A program made the position numbers and the translations under genes. Below the pieces are notes generated by a model. It was not told the origin of the DNA and did no database searches. It saw only the letters and a list, made by a program, of their open reading frames with translations. A stretch of DNA of 64,000 nt from Bacteroidia bacterium (lineage in GTDB: Bacteria; Bacteroidota; Bacteroidia; NS11-12g; UBA9320). The first letter of the stretch is position 1. Every line of letters starts with the position of its first letter. This document shows positions 37,868 to 48,800 of this stretch, in pieces. The stretch spans positions 32,001 to 96,000 of the forward strand of contig CBDCFW010000005.1 of the NCBI GenBank assembly GCA_965216465.1, written 5' to 3'.

Positions 37868-39145
37868 ATGAAAATAGATTTTAAACAAGACTGGACCCTA
37901 TTAAGCAAAAGAGCTAAAATATTTTACATTGCTTTTTCGGTAATCAATTTATTGGTCTTCATTTTGCTCGTTACGCAAACTGACGGAGGGTTTATTAGTC
38001 CGTTGATATACTTTGTATTTTGGCAAGCAGCCATCTGGATATATTATATGTTCAGATATAAATTCAGAAAAAATGTTAAGGGTGGTGAATGGATCGACGC
38101 TGCAATGTTCGCAATTATTGCTGCAACCTTAATTCGAACCTTTTTTATTGAAGCGTATCAAATCCCTACTTCCTCAATGGAAAAATCACTGTTGCGAGGC
38201 GATTTCCTTTTTGTAAGTAAGGTGAATTATGGGGCTAGAATGCCAATGACTCCTGTGTCTTTCCCATTTGTGCATCACACTATGCCGGTAACTGGAGGTA
38301 AAGCCTATTCTGAAGCTTTAAAACTTCCTTATTACAGACTTCCTGGCTTTCAAGACATCAAAAACAATGATGTCGTAGTATTTAATTATCCTGCTGAGGA
38401 AGAAGGACGTCCGGTTGACAAAAAAGAAAACTACATTAAGCGATGTGTGGGTATTGGTGGAGATACACTCCAAGTAAAAGCAGGTTTACTCTATGTTAAC
38501 GGCGAAGTGGCTGACATTCCTGTAAACGAGCAGATGTCGTACCGTGTAACTACATCAACCGTAATTGATCGTCGCACATTTGAAAAAATGGATATTTCAG
38601 AATATGCATACAATGAACATGCAGCAGCATATGATATGTATATAACCAAGGAAAATCTTGAAGCGGTTAAAAATCTTCCAGGAATCGTAAACATTGTTCC
38701 TGTAATTGATAATGCTGGCCAATACAACGAAATCTTCCCGCACATTCCGAATATGTTGCCTTGGAGCAAAGACAATTATGGTCCTATTTATATTCCGAAA
38801 GAAGGTGATGAAATAACACTCGACAGTGTTAATTACTTCATCTATCAAAGAATAATCAGAGAATATGAGAACAATCCTGATTTCAAGATGAGAGACGGAA
38901 AGTTTTACATCGGCTCAGAAGTAATCACTTCTTATACCTTTAAAATGGACTATTACTTCATGATGGGAGATAACAGACACCGCTCTGCAGACTCGAGGTA
39001 TTGGGGGTTTGTTCCGCAAGACCACATTGTTGGTAAGGCTTTATTTATTTGGATGAGCATAGAGCAAGACGGTATCTATGGAAATCGACACAAAGGCTTT
39101 TTCAGTCGTATTCGATGGAGTCGAATCTTTAACCGAATTCATTAG
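37868..39145 (+). CDS. lepB: Signal peptidase I
   Basis: IPTSSME, YIKRCVG, MGDNRHRSADSRYWG. Confidence 0.95.
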   Translation: MKIDFKQDWTLLSKRAKIFYIAFSVINLLVFILLVTQTDGGFISPLIYFVFWQAAIWIYYMFRYKFRKNVKGGEWIDAAMFAIIAATLIRTFFIEAYQIPTSSMEKSLLRGDFLFVSKVNYGARMPMTPVSFPFVHHTMPVTGGKAYSEALKLPYYRLPGFQDIKNNDVVVFNYPAEEEGRPVDKKENYIKRCVGIGGDTLQVKAGLLYVNGEVADIPVNEQMSYRVTTSTVIDRRTFEKMDISEYAYNEHAAAYDMYITKENLEAVKNLPGIVNIVPVIDNAGQYNEIFPHIPNMLPWSKDNYGPIYIPKEGDEITLDSVNYFIYQRIIREYENNPDFKMRDGKFYIGSEVITSYTFKMDYYFMMGDNRHRSADSRYWGFVPQDHIVGKALFIWMSIEQDGIYGNRHKGFFSRIRWSRIFNRIH

Positions 39146-39150
39146 AGCGA

Positions 39151-40092
39151 ATGGATAAAAAAGATTTGAAAATAATCTTTCTTGGCAATCCTGAATTTGC
39201 CCGTTACCATCTCGAAAAAATTATTGACGCTGGGTTTAATGTGGTTGCAGTCGTGTCTGCCCCAGATAAACCTGCAGGTCGAGGAATGAAGTTTTCACAA
39301 ACTGCAGTCACCAAGTTTGCTAAAGAGAAAAACATAGATTGCCTGCAACCGACCAACCTCAAAAATCAAGAATTTATAGAAAAACTAAAATCCTATAAGG
39401 CTGATATACAAGTGGTGATTGCATTTCGTATGTTGCCTGTTGCTGTTTGGGATATGCCTCCTTTGGGCACTATTAATTTACATGCGTCTTTGCTGCCCCA
39501 ATACCGAGGAGCGGCTCCAATAAATTGGGCTATAATTAATGGTGAAAAACATAGTGGAGTAAGTACTTTTAAGCTTAAACACGAGATTGATACCGGAAAT
39601 TTGATCTTGCAAAAAGAATGCACCATTGAGGCTGATGACAATGCAGGCACCTTGCACGATAAGCTGATGGTACTGGGTGCTGAAACTATGGTAGAAACCT
39701 TATCGCTAATCGCTGAGGACAAAGTAATTGAAATTGAGCAAGTTTCTGACGGTGAATTAAAAAGTGCACCAAAAATATTTTCAGAAACAACACAAGTCGA
39801 CTGGAACAATTCCGCAAACGATTTGCACAACTTCATACGTGGATTAAGCCCATACCCTGTTGCTAAAACAAAATTAGACGGTAAACAGCTTAAAATTTTT
39901 GATGCTCTCGTTGAGCATATGAATCACAATCATAAGCCTGGAAGTGTTTTTACAGACGGAAAGAAGATGTTAAAGGTTAGTTGTTTAGATGGCTACATCC
40001 ACTTACTAGACCTTCAAATTCAAGGTAAAAAGAGAATGAAAATCAACGATTTTTTGAATGGGTATGATGTCAAACATTTAAATTCAATTTAG
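39151..40092 (+). CDS. fmt: Methionyl-tRNA formyltransferase
   Basis: PDKPAGRG, NLHASLLPQYRGAAPINWA, IRGLSPYP. Confidence 0.96.
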   Translation: MDKKDLKIIFLGNPEFARYHLEKIIDAGFNVVAVVSAPDKPAGRGMKFSQTAVTKFAKEKNIDCLQPTNLKNQEFIEKLKSYKADIQVVIAFRMLPVAVWDMPPLGTINLHASLLPQYRGAAPINWAIINGEKHSGVSTFKLKHEIDTGNLILQKECTIEADDNAGTLHDKLMVLGAETMVETLSLIAEDKVIEIEQVSDGELKSAPKIFSETTQVDWNNSANDLHNFIRGLSPYPVAKTKLDGKQLKIFDALVEHMNHNHKPGSVFTDGKKMLKVSCLDGYIHLLDLQIQGKKRMKINDFLNGYDVKHLNSI

Positions 40093-40098
40093 AGCGAC

Positions 40099-41328
40099 AT
40101 GAAAATTCGTGGATTCTTATTTGCCTTTGCCTTCATTCTTGGGTTTCATACACAAGCTCAAAACGAATCTTGGAATTATCTCAAATTAGATTCTATTCTC
40201 CTTGACTCTAGTGCTCAACTTGTAGATGGACGCCAGTATTTCTCATCCATAAAAATAACAAGCTTAAACCATCAGGTTGAAAATTTTAAACTGAATCTCG
40301 CTGGAAAAGAAATTGAATTAAAAACCATTGAAGGCCATGACCTAGCTGAATATTCTGTTTTCTACATTTTTCACAAGGCTTCAAACAATATTGAAATCTC
40401 TTCTGAAGACAAGGCTTTTATTCGAGTAGAGTTGTTTTATGCCCCAAGTCTTATAGTTGCAAATAGGCACCTAAAACAGAAATCAAGTCATTGCATAAAA
40501 CCAGATGTTATTGACCAAGATGTGTGGCGAGCTGGGCTGCCTGACCCAAAACAAGGAAGAACTTCAACTCTTGTTAGCCACTGCATAATTCATCATTCGG
40601 CGGGATCAAATAGTACAACCGACTATACCAATGCAGTTCGCAACATATACTTATTACATCTACAAGGCAATGGTTGGGACGACATTGGATACAATTATCT
40701 CATAGCACCTAATGGTGATATCTATGCGGGAAGAGATGATTTAGGAGTTGCTGATGAAGATGATATTCAGGGTGCTCATTTTTGTGGCAAAAATGGAGGA
40801 ACTATGGGAGTGTGTTTGCTAGGGAACTACAACGAAACTACACCTTCCGATACTTTATTAACTAGCTTAAACAAACTCTTGGCTTGGAAACTTTTTAAAG
40901 AAGGTCTACAAGCAACAGACTCCTTCCCTCATCCGAACGGAAATGACCCGCACCTTGGAAGCATAGCATTTCACCAACATGGCTGTTCTACTGAGTGTCC
41001 TGGGGATTCGGTTGTGCTTTTGCTTGACACCATAAAACACAACGTGCAAACAATATTAGCAGGATGCTTGGCCGCTAGCGTTAACACGGCAGAAAAAAAT
41101 AGGATCAGCTGCTATCCAAATCCGAGCAGTGGACAAATCAAGCTTTTAGGTCTTACAAGAACAAATGTCTCTTATAAATTGTATAACGGTATGGGACAAA
41201 TTGTTTCTTCGGGCGTTGTGAATTCAGGAGTTATAAATACTGCATTGTCTTCGGGAATTTACCGCTTAGAAATCTGGCAAAATGAGCTTCAAATTGCCCA
41301 GTTTATGCACGTGATTTGTTTGCCGTAA
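40099..41328 (+). CDS. PGRP-like N-acetylmuramoyl-L-alanine amidase with T9SS type A CTD
   Basis: IIHHSAG, WDDIGYNYLI, GAH, GNY, TECPG; CTD YPNPSSG..GIYRL. Confidence 0.85.
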   Translation: MKIRGFLFAFAFILGFHTQAQNESWNYLKLDSILLDSSAQLVDGRQYFSSIKITSLNHQVENFKLNLAGKEIELKTIEGHDLAEYSVFYIFHKASNNIEISSEDKAFIRVELFYAPSLIVANRHLKQKSSHCIKPDVIDQDVWRAGLPDPKQGRTSTLVSHCIIHHSAGSNSTTDYTNAVRNIYLLHLQGNGWDDIGYNYLIAPNGDIYAGRDDLGVADEDDIQGAHFCGKNGGTMGVCLLGNYNETTPSDTLLTSLNKLLAWKLFKEGLQATDSFPHPNGNDPHLGSIAFHQHGCSTECPGDSVVLLLDTIKHNVQTILAGCLAASVNTAEKNRISCYPNPSSGQIKLLGLTRTNVSYKLYNGMGQIVSSGVVNSGVINTALSSGIYRLEIWQNELQIAQFMHVICLP

Positions 41329-41400
41329 AAAGCAAATGAAACATGGCTCAGTAATCCTTGTAAAAGATTGGTTTTTAGCTACCTTTGCAGCCCTTAATTT

Positions 41401-43863
41401 ATGTGGGAGAGAATTGCCAATACCATACTGAGAAATAGAAGAGCCTTAATTATCTTCTTAGTCATTGCTACCGGCATAATGTTATACAAGACATTTCAAG
41501 TGCAACTCACCTACGACAATCCTAAGTTTATACCCAACGACGACCCAGATTACATCGCATACGAAGAGTTCAAAAAAACATTTGGAGACGATGGTAGTGT
41601 TATGGTTGTTGGCATCAGTACCGATAAACTTAGAGAACTAGATTTTTTCAATGAATGGTACGACTTAACCGAAGAGCTAGATTCAACCAAGAACATCAAA
41701 CAGGTTTTATCGGTAACCAACCTTAAGGACTTAAAGAAACGAACGACAGTAAGCTATTTTGAAGAAGATTCGTTTACGACTGACGTATTCAAAGCTGAAC
41801 GACTTATTCCAACTAAACCTTCGAGCCAAGAAGAGGTAGATCAGATTTTTACTAAGCTATCTGACCTTAAATTCTATGAAGGATTACTGTATCTAGATAG
41901 TTCTAATTTCTCGCTAATGGCAATTACGCTAGAGAAGTCAATTTTGGACACCAAAGCTCGTGTAGGTTTCGTGAATGGTTTACAGAAAAAAATAGAGCAA
42001 GTATGTGAGCCACATGAAGTTCAGGTTCATTTTTCAGGACTGCCTTTTATTCGAACAAAGATGTCGCAGATGATCCAGCAGGAATTAGTACGATTTACTA
42101 TTGTTTCGATGCTGCTTACTGCTATGATTCTGTTGTTCTTCTTCCGTAGTTTGCCAACCTTAGCATTCTCGCTTTTAACAGTAATTATTGGAGTGATTTG
42201 GTGTATGGGCATCTTAGTACTACTAGGTTATAAGATTACCATGTTCGTTGGTTTGCTTCCACCGTTGATTGTGGTAATTGGAATTGCCAACTGTATTTAT
42301 CTGCTTAACAAGTACCACGAAGAGTTTAGAAGACATAGAAATAAAATCAAAGCACTGCAACGTGTAATATCAAAAGTGGGCCGAGCGGTATTGTTCACGA
42401 ACTTAACAACAGCTGTAGGTTTTGGAGTGTTCACCCTAACCGGAAGTGCTGTACTACAGGAGTTCGGATTAACTGCTTTCTTGAGTATTATGGCTGTATT
42501 TTTAATCTCCATAATCTTAATCCCTGTTCTTTTTAGCTTTCTTCCTCCTCCAAAAACTAAGCACACAAAACACCTGGATTATAAATTCTTAAATGTTTTA
42601 ATCGATAAGATCTCTTCTATTGTTCAACATCACAGAAAGTGGGTATATATCATTACGGTGTTACTTGTAACGGCCTCGTTCGCAGGCATGGCACTGTTGA
42701 AGAATGTGGGCTATATGGTCGACGATATTTCTAAATCAGACCGACTATATAAGGATTTAAAGTTCTTCGAACAAAATGTTAAAGGTGTAATGCCTTTTGA
42801 AATAATTGTTGATACGAAGCGTAAGCAAGGTGTATCAACGGTTAGAAGCCTACTTAACATTGACCTTCTGGAGCGTGAGCTGCAAGAATTTGATGAGTTT
42901 TCGAAGCCAATTTCGGTTTCTCAAACCATGAAGTTTTTGAACCAAGCCTATTACGACGGTGATCCACGAAGATACCGACCGCCAAGTGTGCTTGACCTTG
43001 GAAATATTATGAGTGCGGTTCCACAAGACGAAACCAACGAAGACATGATCAATAGCTTAGTCGACAGCGATAATCGTAAAGCTAGAATCAGTGTTCAAAT
43101 GGCCGACGTTGGAAGTGTTCGTATTAAAGAGTTGCGTGAAGAGGTTAACCAAATTGCGGATTCTATTTTTAACTATGTTAGAAATCGTGAAGACATATTC
43201 ACTGATTCGATAATTGATATCTCATTAATCGATACCGCAAACAATGTATTCGACACGACCTATTACTCCTATCCTAAAATCACCTATTCTCCAGTTGATA
43301 GTGCACAACGGACTGACTTATCAATTACTGGAACGAGTGTTATATTCTTAAAGGGTAACGATTACCTCATCAGTAATTTGCTTTTGAGCTTGCTTGTAGC
43401 TTTTATAATTATATCGCTATTGATGGCGAGCATTTTTAAATCGGCTCGAATGATTCTCATTTCGATAATTCCAAACTTAATTCCACTCCTATTTACTGCT
43501 GGGATAATGGGCTTCTTTGGTGTAAACTTTAAACCAAGTACCGTTCTTGTATTTAGTGTCGCTTTTGGTATTGCCGTTGACTTCTCAATTCACTTCTTAA
43601 CAAAGTACAAAATGGAACTTAAGCTAACCGGGAATATTGAAGTAGCCGTGAAGAGAGTACAAAAAGAAATAAGCACCAGTATGATATACACCGCGGTGAT
43701 TCTGTTTTTCGGTTTTATCATTTTTGTATTTTCTGATTTCGGAGGAACCATTGCCCTTGGTTTATTCACAGCCTTAACCCTGTTTATCGCATTGCTTTCA
43801 AATCTTGTTCTTCTTCCAAGTTTGTTGCTTTCATATGACAAAGCCAAGCTCAAACGAGCTTAA
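41401..43863 (+). CDS. MMPL/RND family transporter
   Basis: Two TM bundles with large loops; TNLTTAVGF, FGIAVDFSIH; TACCTTTG at 41380-41387. Confidence 0.88.
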   Translation: MWERIANTILRNRRALIIFLVIATGIMLYKTFQVQLTYDNPKFIPNDDPDYIAYEEFKKTFGDDGSVMVVGISTDKLRELDFFNEWYDLTEELDSTKNIKQVLSVTNLKDLKKRTTVSYFEEDSFTTDVFKAERLIPTKPSSQEEVDQIFTKLSDLKFYEGLLYLDSSNFSLMAITLEKSILDTKARVGFVNGLQKKIEQVCEPHEVQVHFSGLPFIRTKMSQMIQQELVRFTIVSMLLTAMILLFFFRSLPTLAFSLLTVIIGVIWCMGILVLLGYKITMFVGLLPPLIVVIGIANCIYLLNKYHEEFRRHRNKIKALQRVISKVGRAVLFTNLTTAVGFGVFTLTGSAVLQEFGLTAFLSIMAVFLISIILIPVLFSFLPPPKTKHTKHLDYKFLNVLIDKISSIVQHHRKWVYIITVLLVTASFAGMALLKNVGYMVDDISKSDRLYKDLKFFEQNVKGVMPFEIIVDTKRKQGVSTVRSLLNIDLLERELQEFDEFSKPISVSQTMKFLNQAYYDGDPRRYRPPSVLDLGNIMSAVPQDETNEDMINSLVDSDNRKARISVQMADVGSVRIKELREEVNQIADSIFNYVRNREDIFTDSIIDISLIDTANNVFDTTYYSYPKITYSPVDSAQRTDLSITGTSVIFLKGNDYLISNLLLSLLVAFIIISLLMASIFKSARMILISIIPNLIPLLFTAGIMGFFGVNFKPSTVLVFSVAFGIAVDFSIHFLTKYKMELKLTGNIEVAVKRVQKEISTSMIYTAVILFFGFIIFVFSDFGGTIALGLFTALTLFIALLSNLVLLPSLLLSYDKAKLKRA

Positions 43864-43903
43864 GATATTTTTGATATCCTATCTGTTTTAGTATCATTGC
43901 ATT

Positions 43904-44488
43904 ATGTCTGAAGCGATACAACTCGATGCAGAAAAAGAGATCGGAAAATGGCTAAATGAATACGGCGATGACATGTATTCGTGGGCGTTTTATAAAACTT
44001 CAAATAAAGAAACTGCTGAAGACTTGGTTCAAGAAACATTTCTGTCTTCTTTTAAGTCGTTTGAAAAATACAAACCAGGAACGAATCCTAAAACTTGGCT
44101 ATTCACCATTCTTAATAACAAGATTATTGATTATTATCGATCAAGCAATACACAAAAATCAGTGAGTCAAACTGAGTTGCTAGGTAAAAAGATGGAAGAC
44201 GAAAATTTTGATCAAGATGGACTTTGGAGTAGCTCTCCTGTTTCAATGTGGGCCAACGAAGAAGAACACTTGCTTGACAATACAGATTTCTTAAATGTTC
44301 TTAACGATTGCATTGATGGCCTACCCCAAAATTGGAGGAATGTAATTGTGTCGAAATACATGGATCATAAAAAAGGAAATCAAATATGTCAGGAACTTGA
44401 CATTACTCCGTCTAATCTATGGCAAATGGCACACAGAGCAAAACTTCAGCTCAAAGGGTGTTTAGATGTAAATTGGCAAAATGACTAA
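43904..44488 (+). CDS. ECF RNA polymerase sigma-70 factor
   Basis: AEDLVQETF, TWLFTIL, region 4 ICQELDIT..HRAKLQL. Confidence 0.93.
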   Translation: MSEAIQLDAEKEIGKWLNEYGDDMYSWAFYKTSNKETAEDLVQETFLSSFKSFEKYKPGTNPKTWLFTILNNKIIDYYRSSNTQKSVSQTELLGKKMEDENFDQDGLWSSSPVSMWANEEEHLLDNTDFLNVLNDCIDGLPQNWRNVIVSKYMDHKKGNQICQELDITPSNLWQMAHRAKLQLKGCLDVNWQND

Positions 44489-44494
44489 ATAGAA

Positions 44495-44758
44495 ATGAAA
44501 GGTGTTATGAAAATACTAATGTTATCGTGTAAAGAAGCTGCGGCACTTTCGTCGAAGAAGAGCTTTGAACCGCTGACATTTAAAGAGAGCTTGCAGTTTA
44601 AAATGCATACCAGTGTATGTAAGGCATGCAAGGCGTTCAGTAAGCAAAACGAATTGCTCGATTCAGCAATTGAAAAAGCACTGAACAAAGATCGAATTGA
44701 AACGATTCAGTTAAGTGACAACCAGAGAGTTAAGATAAAAAAAAGTCTCTCTGAGTAA
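44495..44758 (+). CDS. Zinc-binding anti-sigma factor (zf-HC2/ZAS-like)
   Basis: LSCKEA...HTSVCKAC (HxxxCxxC) directly after the ECF sigma. Confidence 0.75.
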   Translation: MKGVMKILMLSCKEAAALSSKKSFEPLTFKESLQFKMHTSVCKACKAFSKQNELLDSAIEKALNKDRIETIQLSDNQRVKIKKSLSE

Positions 44759-44792
44759 GTATTCTAAATTTTATTCGTTATAGACTATAGTT

Positions 44793-45215
44793 ATGAAGAA
44801 ATTATTAATCATTCTAAGTGTTGCCATGGTAACGGGATTGGCTTTCGTTATTCCGAGTTCAGAATCTGAAGGAACAGACAGTATAGAGTTTCAAAACATG
44901 AGACTTGAAGAGGTACTGAAATATGCTGCTGAGCAAGATAAACATGTATATGTAGATGTTTCAACCAGCTGGTGTGGTTATTGTCGTAAAATGAAAGCAA
45001 GCACCTACACCGATCCAGCGGTAATCAAGCATATCAATGATAATTATGTGAGCGTAAGCATTGACGCTGAAAAAGGAGATGGCCCAGCCATTATACAAAA
45101 ATACAGAGTACGTGCCTATCCAACCGAACTCATTCTCGATGAAACTGGAAAGTTGTTAAGTAAAAATGTTGGATACCTAAAACCAAAAGAACTTATTGCA
45201 TTTGCAAACAGGTAA
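44793..45215 (+). CDS. Exported thioredoxin family protein
   Basis: Signal peptide; WCGYC; cis-Pro YPT. Confidence 0.9.
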   Translation: MKKLLIILSVAMVTGLAFVIPSSESEGTDSIEFQNMRLEEVLKYAAEQDKHVYVDVSTSWCGYCRKMKASTYTDPAVIKHINDNYVSVSIDAEKGDGPAIIQKYRVRAYPTELILDETGKLLSKNVGYLKPKELIAFANR

Positions 45216-45237
45216 TTTTACAAGCGTATATAAAATG

Positions 45238-45267
45238 AAGGCTCAACGTAAAGTTGAGCCTTTTTTT
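45238..45267 (+). terminator. Intrinsic terminator
   Basis: AAGGCTCAAC-gtaaa-GTTGAGCCTT followed by a T run. Confidence 0.88.
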
Positions 45268-45425
45268 GTTTAAACAAAAACCTAATTATAATAAATAATA
45301 TAAACCAAACTTGAAGAGTTTTCAAGTCGCTCCTTCATGTGATTGGCGAACAAAACATGAAGGCCTCTATAGTAATGACACCTATTGTCATGATAATGTT
45401 GCTTGTAATCAATTTTTTTTGAAAA

Positions 45426-45806
45426 TTAATCAGGCTCCTTACAAGTCTGTGATGTTTCAATGTAGATGGTTGAAAATCCATTAATCACCTTGAGCAACGA
45501 CAAATCTGATGTTGCAATGGTATTTATTTCAGCATCTCCTAGTTGAATCTCAAAAGCAGATTTGTAGGATTCAAGTTGCTTAGTCCGCACCATTTGCCCT
45601 AGTCGATTTAATGATGAGATGTATCTTTTTTCGACTACTTTCAAATGCTTCCACTCGGGAAAAACATCGTAAAAGGAAGACCTAATTTCATCAGATTTGA
45701 TCCAAAGCACCTCTAAGTAAGAGCTGTTGGCAATCTGAGAAACAAATGATTGGATAATGGCCTTGCGTTGCTCGAGGTCTCCTTTTGGATTTAAGACAAT
45801 TTTCAT
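45426..45806 (-). CDS. Hypothetical protein (possibly truncated)
   Basis: 126-aa ORF; same frame stays open about 47 codons past the TAA. Confidence 0.5.
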   Translation of the reverse strand: MKIVLNPKGDLEQRKAIIQSFVSQIANSSYLEVLWIKSDEIRSSFYDVFPEWKHLKVVEKRYISSLNRLGQMVRTKQLESYKSAFEIQLGDAEINTIATSDLSLLKVINGFSTIYIETSQTCKEPD

Positions 45807-45881
45807 CTTTTGATTCCCTTACAAATTAGCGTCTTATTTTATTACCTTTGCACACTTTATTTTAACATCGAAATGTCGTAC

Positions 45882-48800
45882 ATGGCGAATGCAAAAAAAT
45901 TTAACCAATACAAACAGCTAAACGTTCCTGCAACTGAGAAGGAAGTCTTAAAGTATTGGAAAGAAAACAACGTTTTCGAACAGAGCGTATCGAATCGAAG
46001 CAAAGACAACACATTTGTCTTTTATGAAGGTCCTCCTTCTGCTAACGGTATGCCAGGCATTCACCACGTTATTAGCCGTTCTATTAAAGATGTTTTTTGT
46101 AGATATAAAACTTTGAAAGGTTTTCGTGTTGAGCGAAAAGCAGGTTGGGATACTCATGGACTTCCCATTGAACTACAAGTGGAAAAAAAACTTGGAATCA
46201 CGAAAGATGACATCGGCAAGAAAATAAGTATTAAAGATTACAATGCAGCTTGCCGAGAAGATGTTTTAAAATTTAAAGATAAGTGGGATGACTTAACTGA
46301 AAAGATTGGCTACTGGGTTGACCTTGACAATCCATACGTAACCTACGAAAATGAATATATCGAGTCTGTATGGAATTTGCTAAAAAGATTGCACGAAAAA
46401 GGATTTTTGTACAAGGGACATACCATCCAGCCCTATTCTCCTGCTGCGGGAACAGGTCTGAGCTCTCATGAGTTAAACCAACCTGGAACCTATAAAGATG
46501 TAAAAGACACCACAATCGTTGCTCAGTTCAAATTGAGTAATCCTTCAGCCACAGGTCTTGACTTTGATTGGGGCGACACATTTTGCCTGGCTTGGACTAC
46601 CACACCTTGGACATTACCAAGTAACACTGCATTAGGTATTGGTCCAAAGATTGATTACGTTGCTGTTAAGACATTTAACCCATACACGCACAAAAAGATA
46701 ACGGTTGTGCTTGCATCAAAACTGATGAGCAAGTACTTCCCTTCGAAGAATGAAGCGTTAGCGTTAGATGATTATAAAGAGGGAGACAAGGCAATTCCTT
46801 TTGAAATAGTTAAGGAGTTTAAAGGTGCTGAACTCGTAGGTCAGTCTTATGAGCAACTTATGCCCTATCAACAGCCTACTGACGGAAAGGCCTTTGAGAT
46901 TATTGCTGCAAACTTTGTTACAACAGAAGATGGAACAGGTATTGTTCACTTGGCACCTAGCTTCGGTTCAGACGACTATATTGCCGCCAAACAGAATGGG
47001 ATTGGATCGCTTACCTTAGTTGATAAGCAAGGTAAGTTCGTAGATGGTGTTGGTGAATTTTCTGGTCTCTATGTTAAGAATTACAAAGAAGAGGATGAGA
47101 ATGCTGAAGGCTATCTGCCAACAGATGTCAAAATAGCTATTCGCCTAAAAACAGATAACAAAGCCTTTAAGGTTGAAAAATACGTTCACTCCTACCCTCA
47201 TTGTTGGAGAACGGATAAGCCCATCTTATACTACCCATTAGAAAGCTGGTTTATTAAAACAACGGCTGTTAAAGACCGACTTATAGAGTTGAATAAAACT
47301 ATCAACTGGAAGCCTGCTTCAACTGGAGAAGGTCGATTTGGAAATTGGTTGGAAAATCTTGTAGACTGGAACCTGAGCAGAAGTAGATATTGGGGAACTC
47401 CTCTCCCAATCTGGAGAACACAAGATGGAAACACTGAAAAATGTATAGGATCTGTAGAAGAGCTACGTTCTGAAGTTCAAAAGGCAGTTGAAGCAGGTCT
47501 AATGCCTGAGAATACTATCGATGAAAACTTTGATTTGCATCGACCATATATCGATGACATAATCCTCGTTTCGGATAGCGGTGAAGAAATGCATCGAGAA
47601 ACTGACCTTATCGATGTTTGGTTTGATTCAGGGGCAATGCCATACGCTCAATTGCACTATCCATTTGAAAATAAAGATTTGGTAGATAGCAGAAGTAACT
47701 ATCCTGCTGATTTCATCGCCGAAGGTGTTGACCAAACACGAGGATGGTTTTTCACTTTGCATGCTATTTCTGTAATGTTGAACGATTCTGTTGCTTACAA
47801 AAATGTAATGGCTAATGGCTTGGTTCAAGACAAGAATGGAAACAAAATGTCAAAAAGCAAAGGCAACACAATTGATCCATTTATGGCCGTAGAAAAATAT
47901 GGAGCTGATGTGATTCGTTGGTATATGCTTAGCAATGCGGCACCTTGGGATAACTTAAAATTCGATTTAGATGGTCTTGTAGAAACACAACGTAAGTTCT
48001 TCGGAACCCTCCATAACACCTACGGTTTCTTTGCTTTATATGCCAATATCGATGGATTTGTAAACAGCGAAGAAAGCATTCCTTTAACCGAACGTGCTGA
48101 GCTTGATCGTTGGATACTTTCGAAGCTTAATTCGCTTACACAGCTTGTAGAAGAATCAATGGATGATTATGAGCCTACAAAAGCAACTCGAGCAATTCAG
48201 AGTTTTGTACTTGATGATTTAAGTAATTGGTATGTTCGATTAAATCGAAGAAGATTTTGGAAAGGCGAAATGTCTCAAGACAAGATTGCTGCATATCAGA
48301 CCTTGCATTACTGTTTGGAGACCATTGCTAAGTTAATGTGTGCATTTAGTCCGTTTTATGCTGATCAACTTTACCGTGACTTAAGATTTACGAATAGCTC
48401 GATACATTTAGAAGACTTCCCTGCAATTAACAAGGCATGGATTAACAAAGAGTTAGAGAAGCAAATTGAGATATCTCAAAAAATAACTTCTTTGATCTTG
48501 AGAATTCGAAAGATGGAAGGAATCAAGGTTCGTCAACCTTTGTTGAAGGCAATTGTCCCTGCATTAAATTCAGAATTTGCTGATAACTTGGCCAAGGTTA
48601 AAGACGTTATCATGTCTGAAGTAAATATTAAGGAGATTGAGATCATTGATGGAGATTCAGACATTATCAAGAAATCAGCTAAACCAAACTTTAAAGTATT
48701 GGGGCCGAAGGTTGGTGGTGATATGAAAATGATTAGCGGTCAAATTTTTGGATTGAATAATGACCAGATATCAGACTTGGAAAAAGGCGGTTCAATTACT

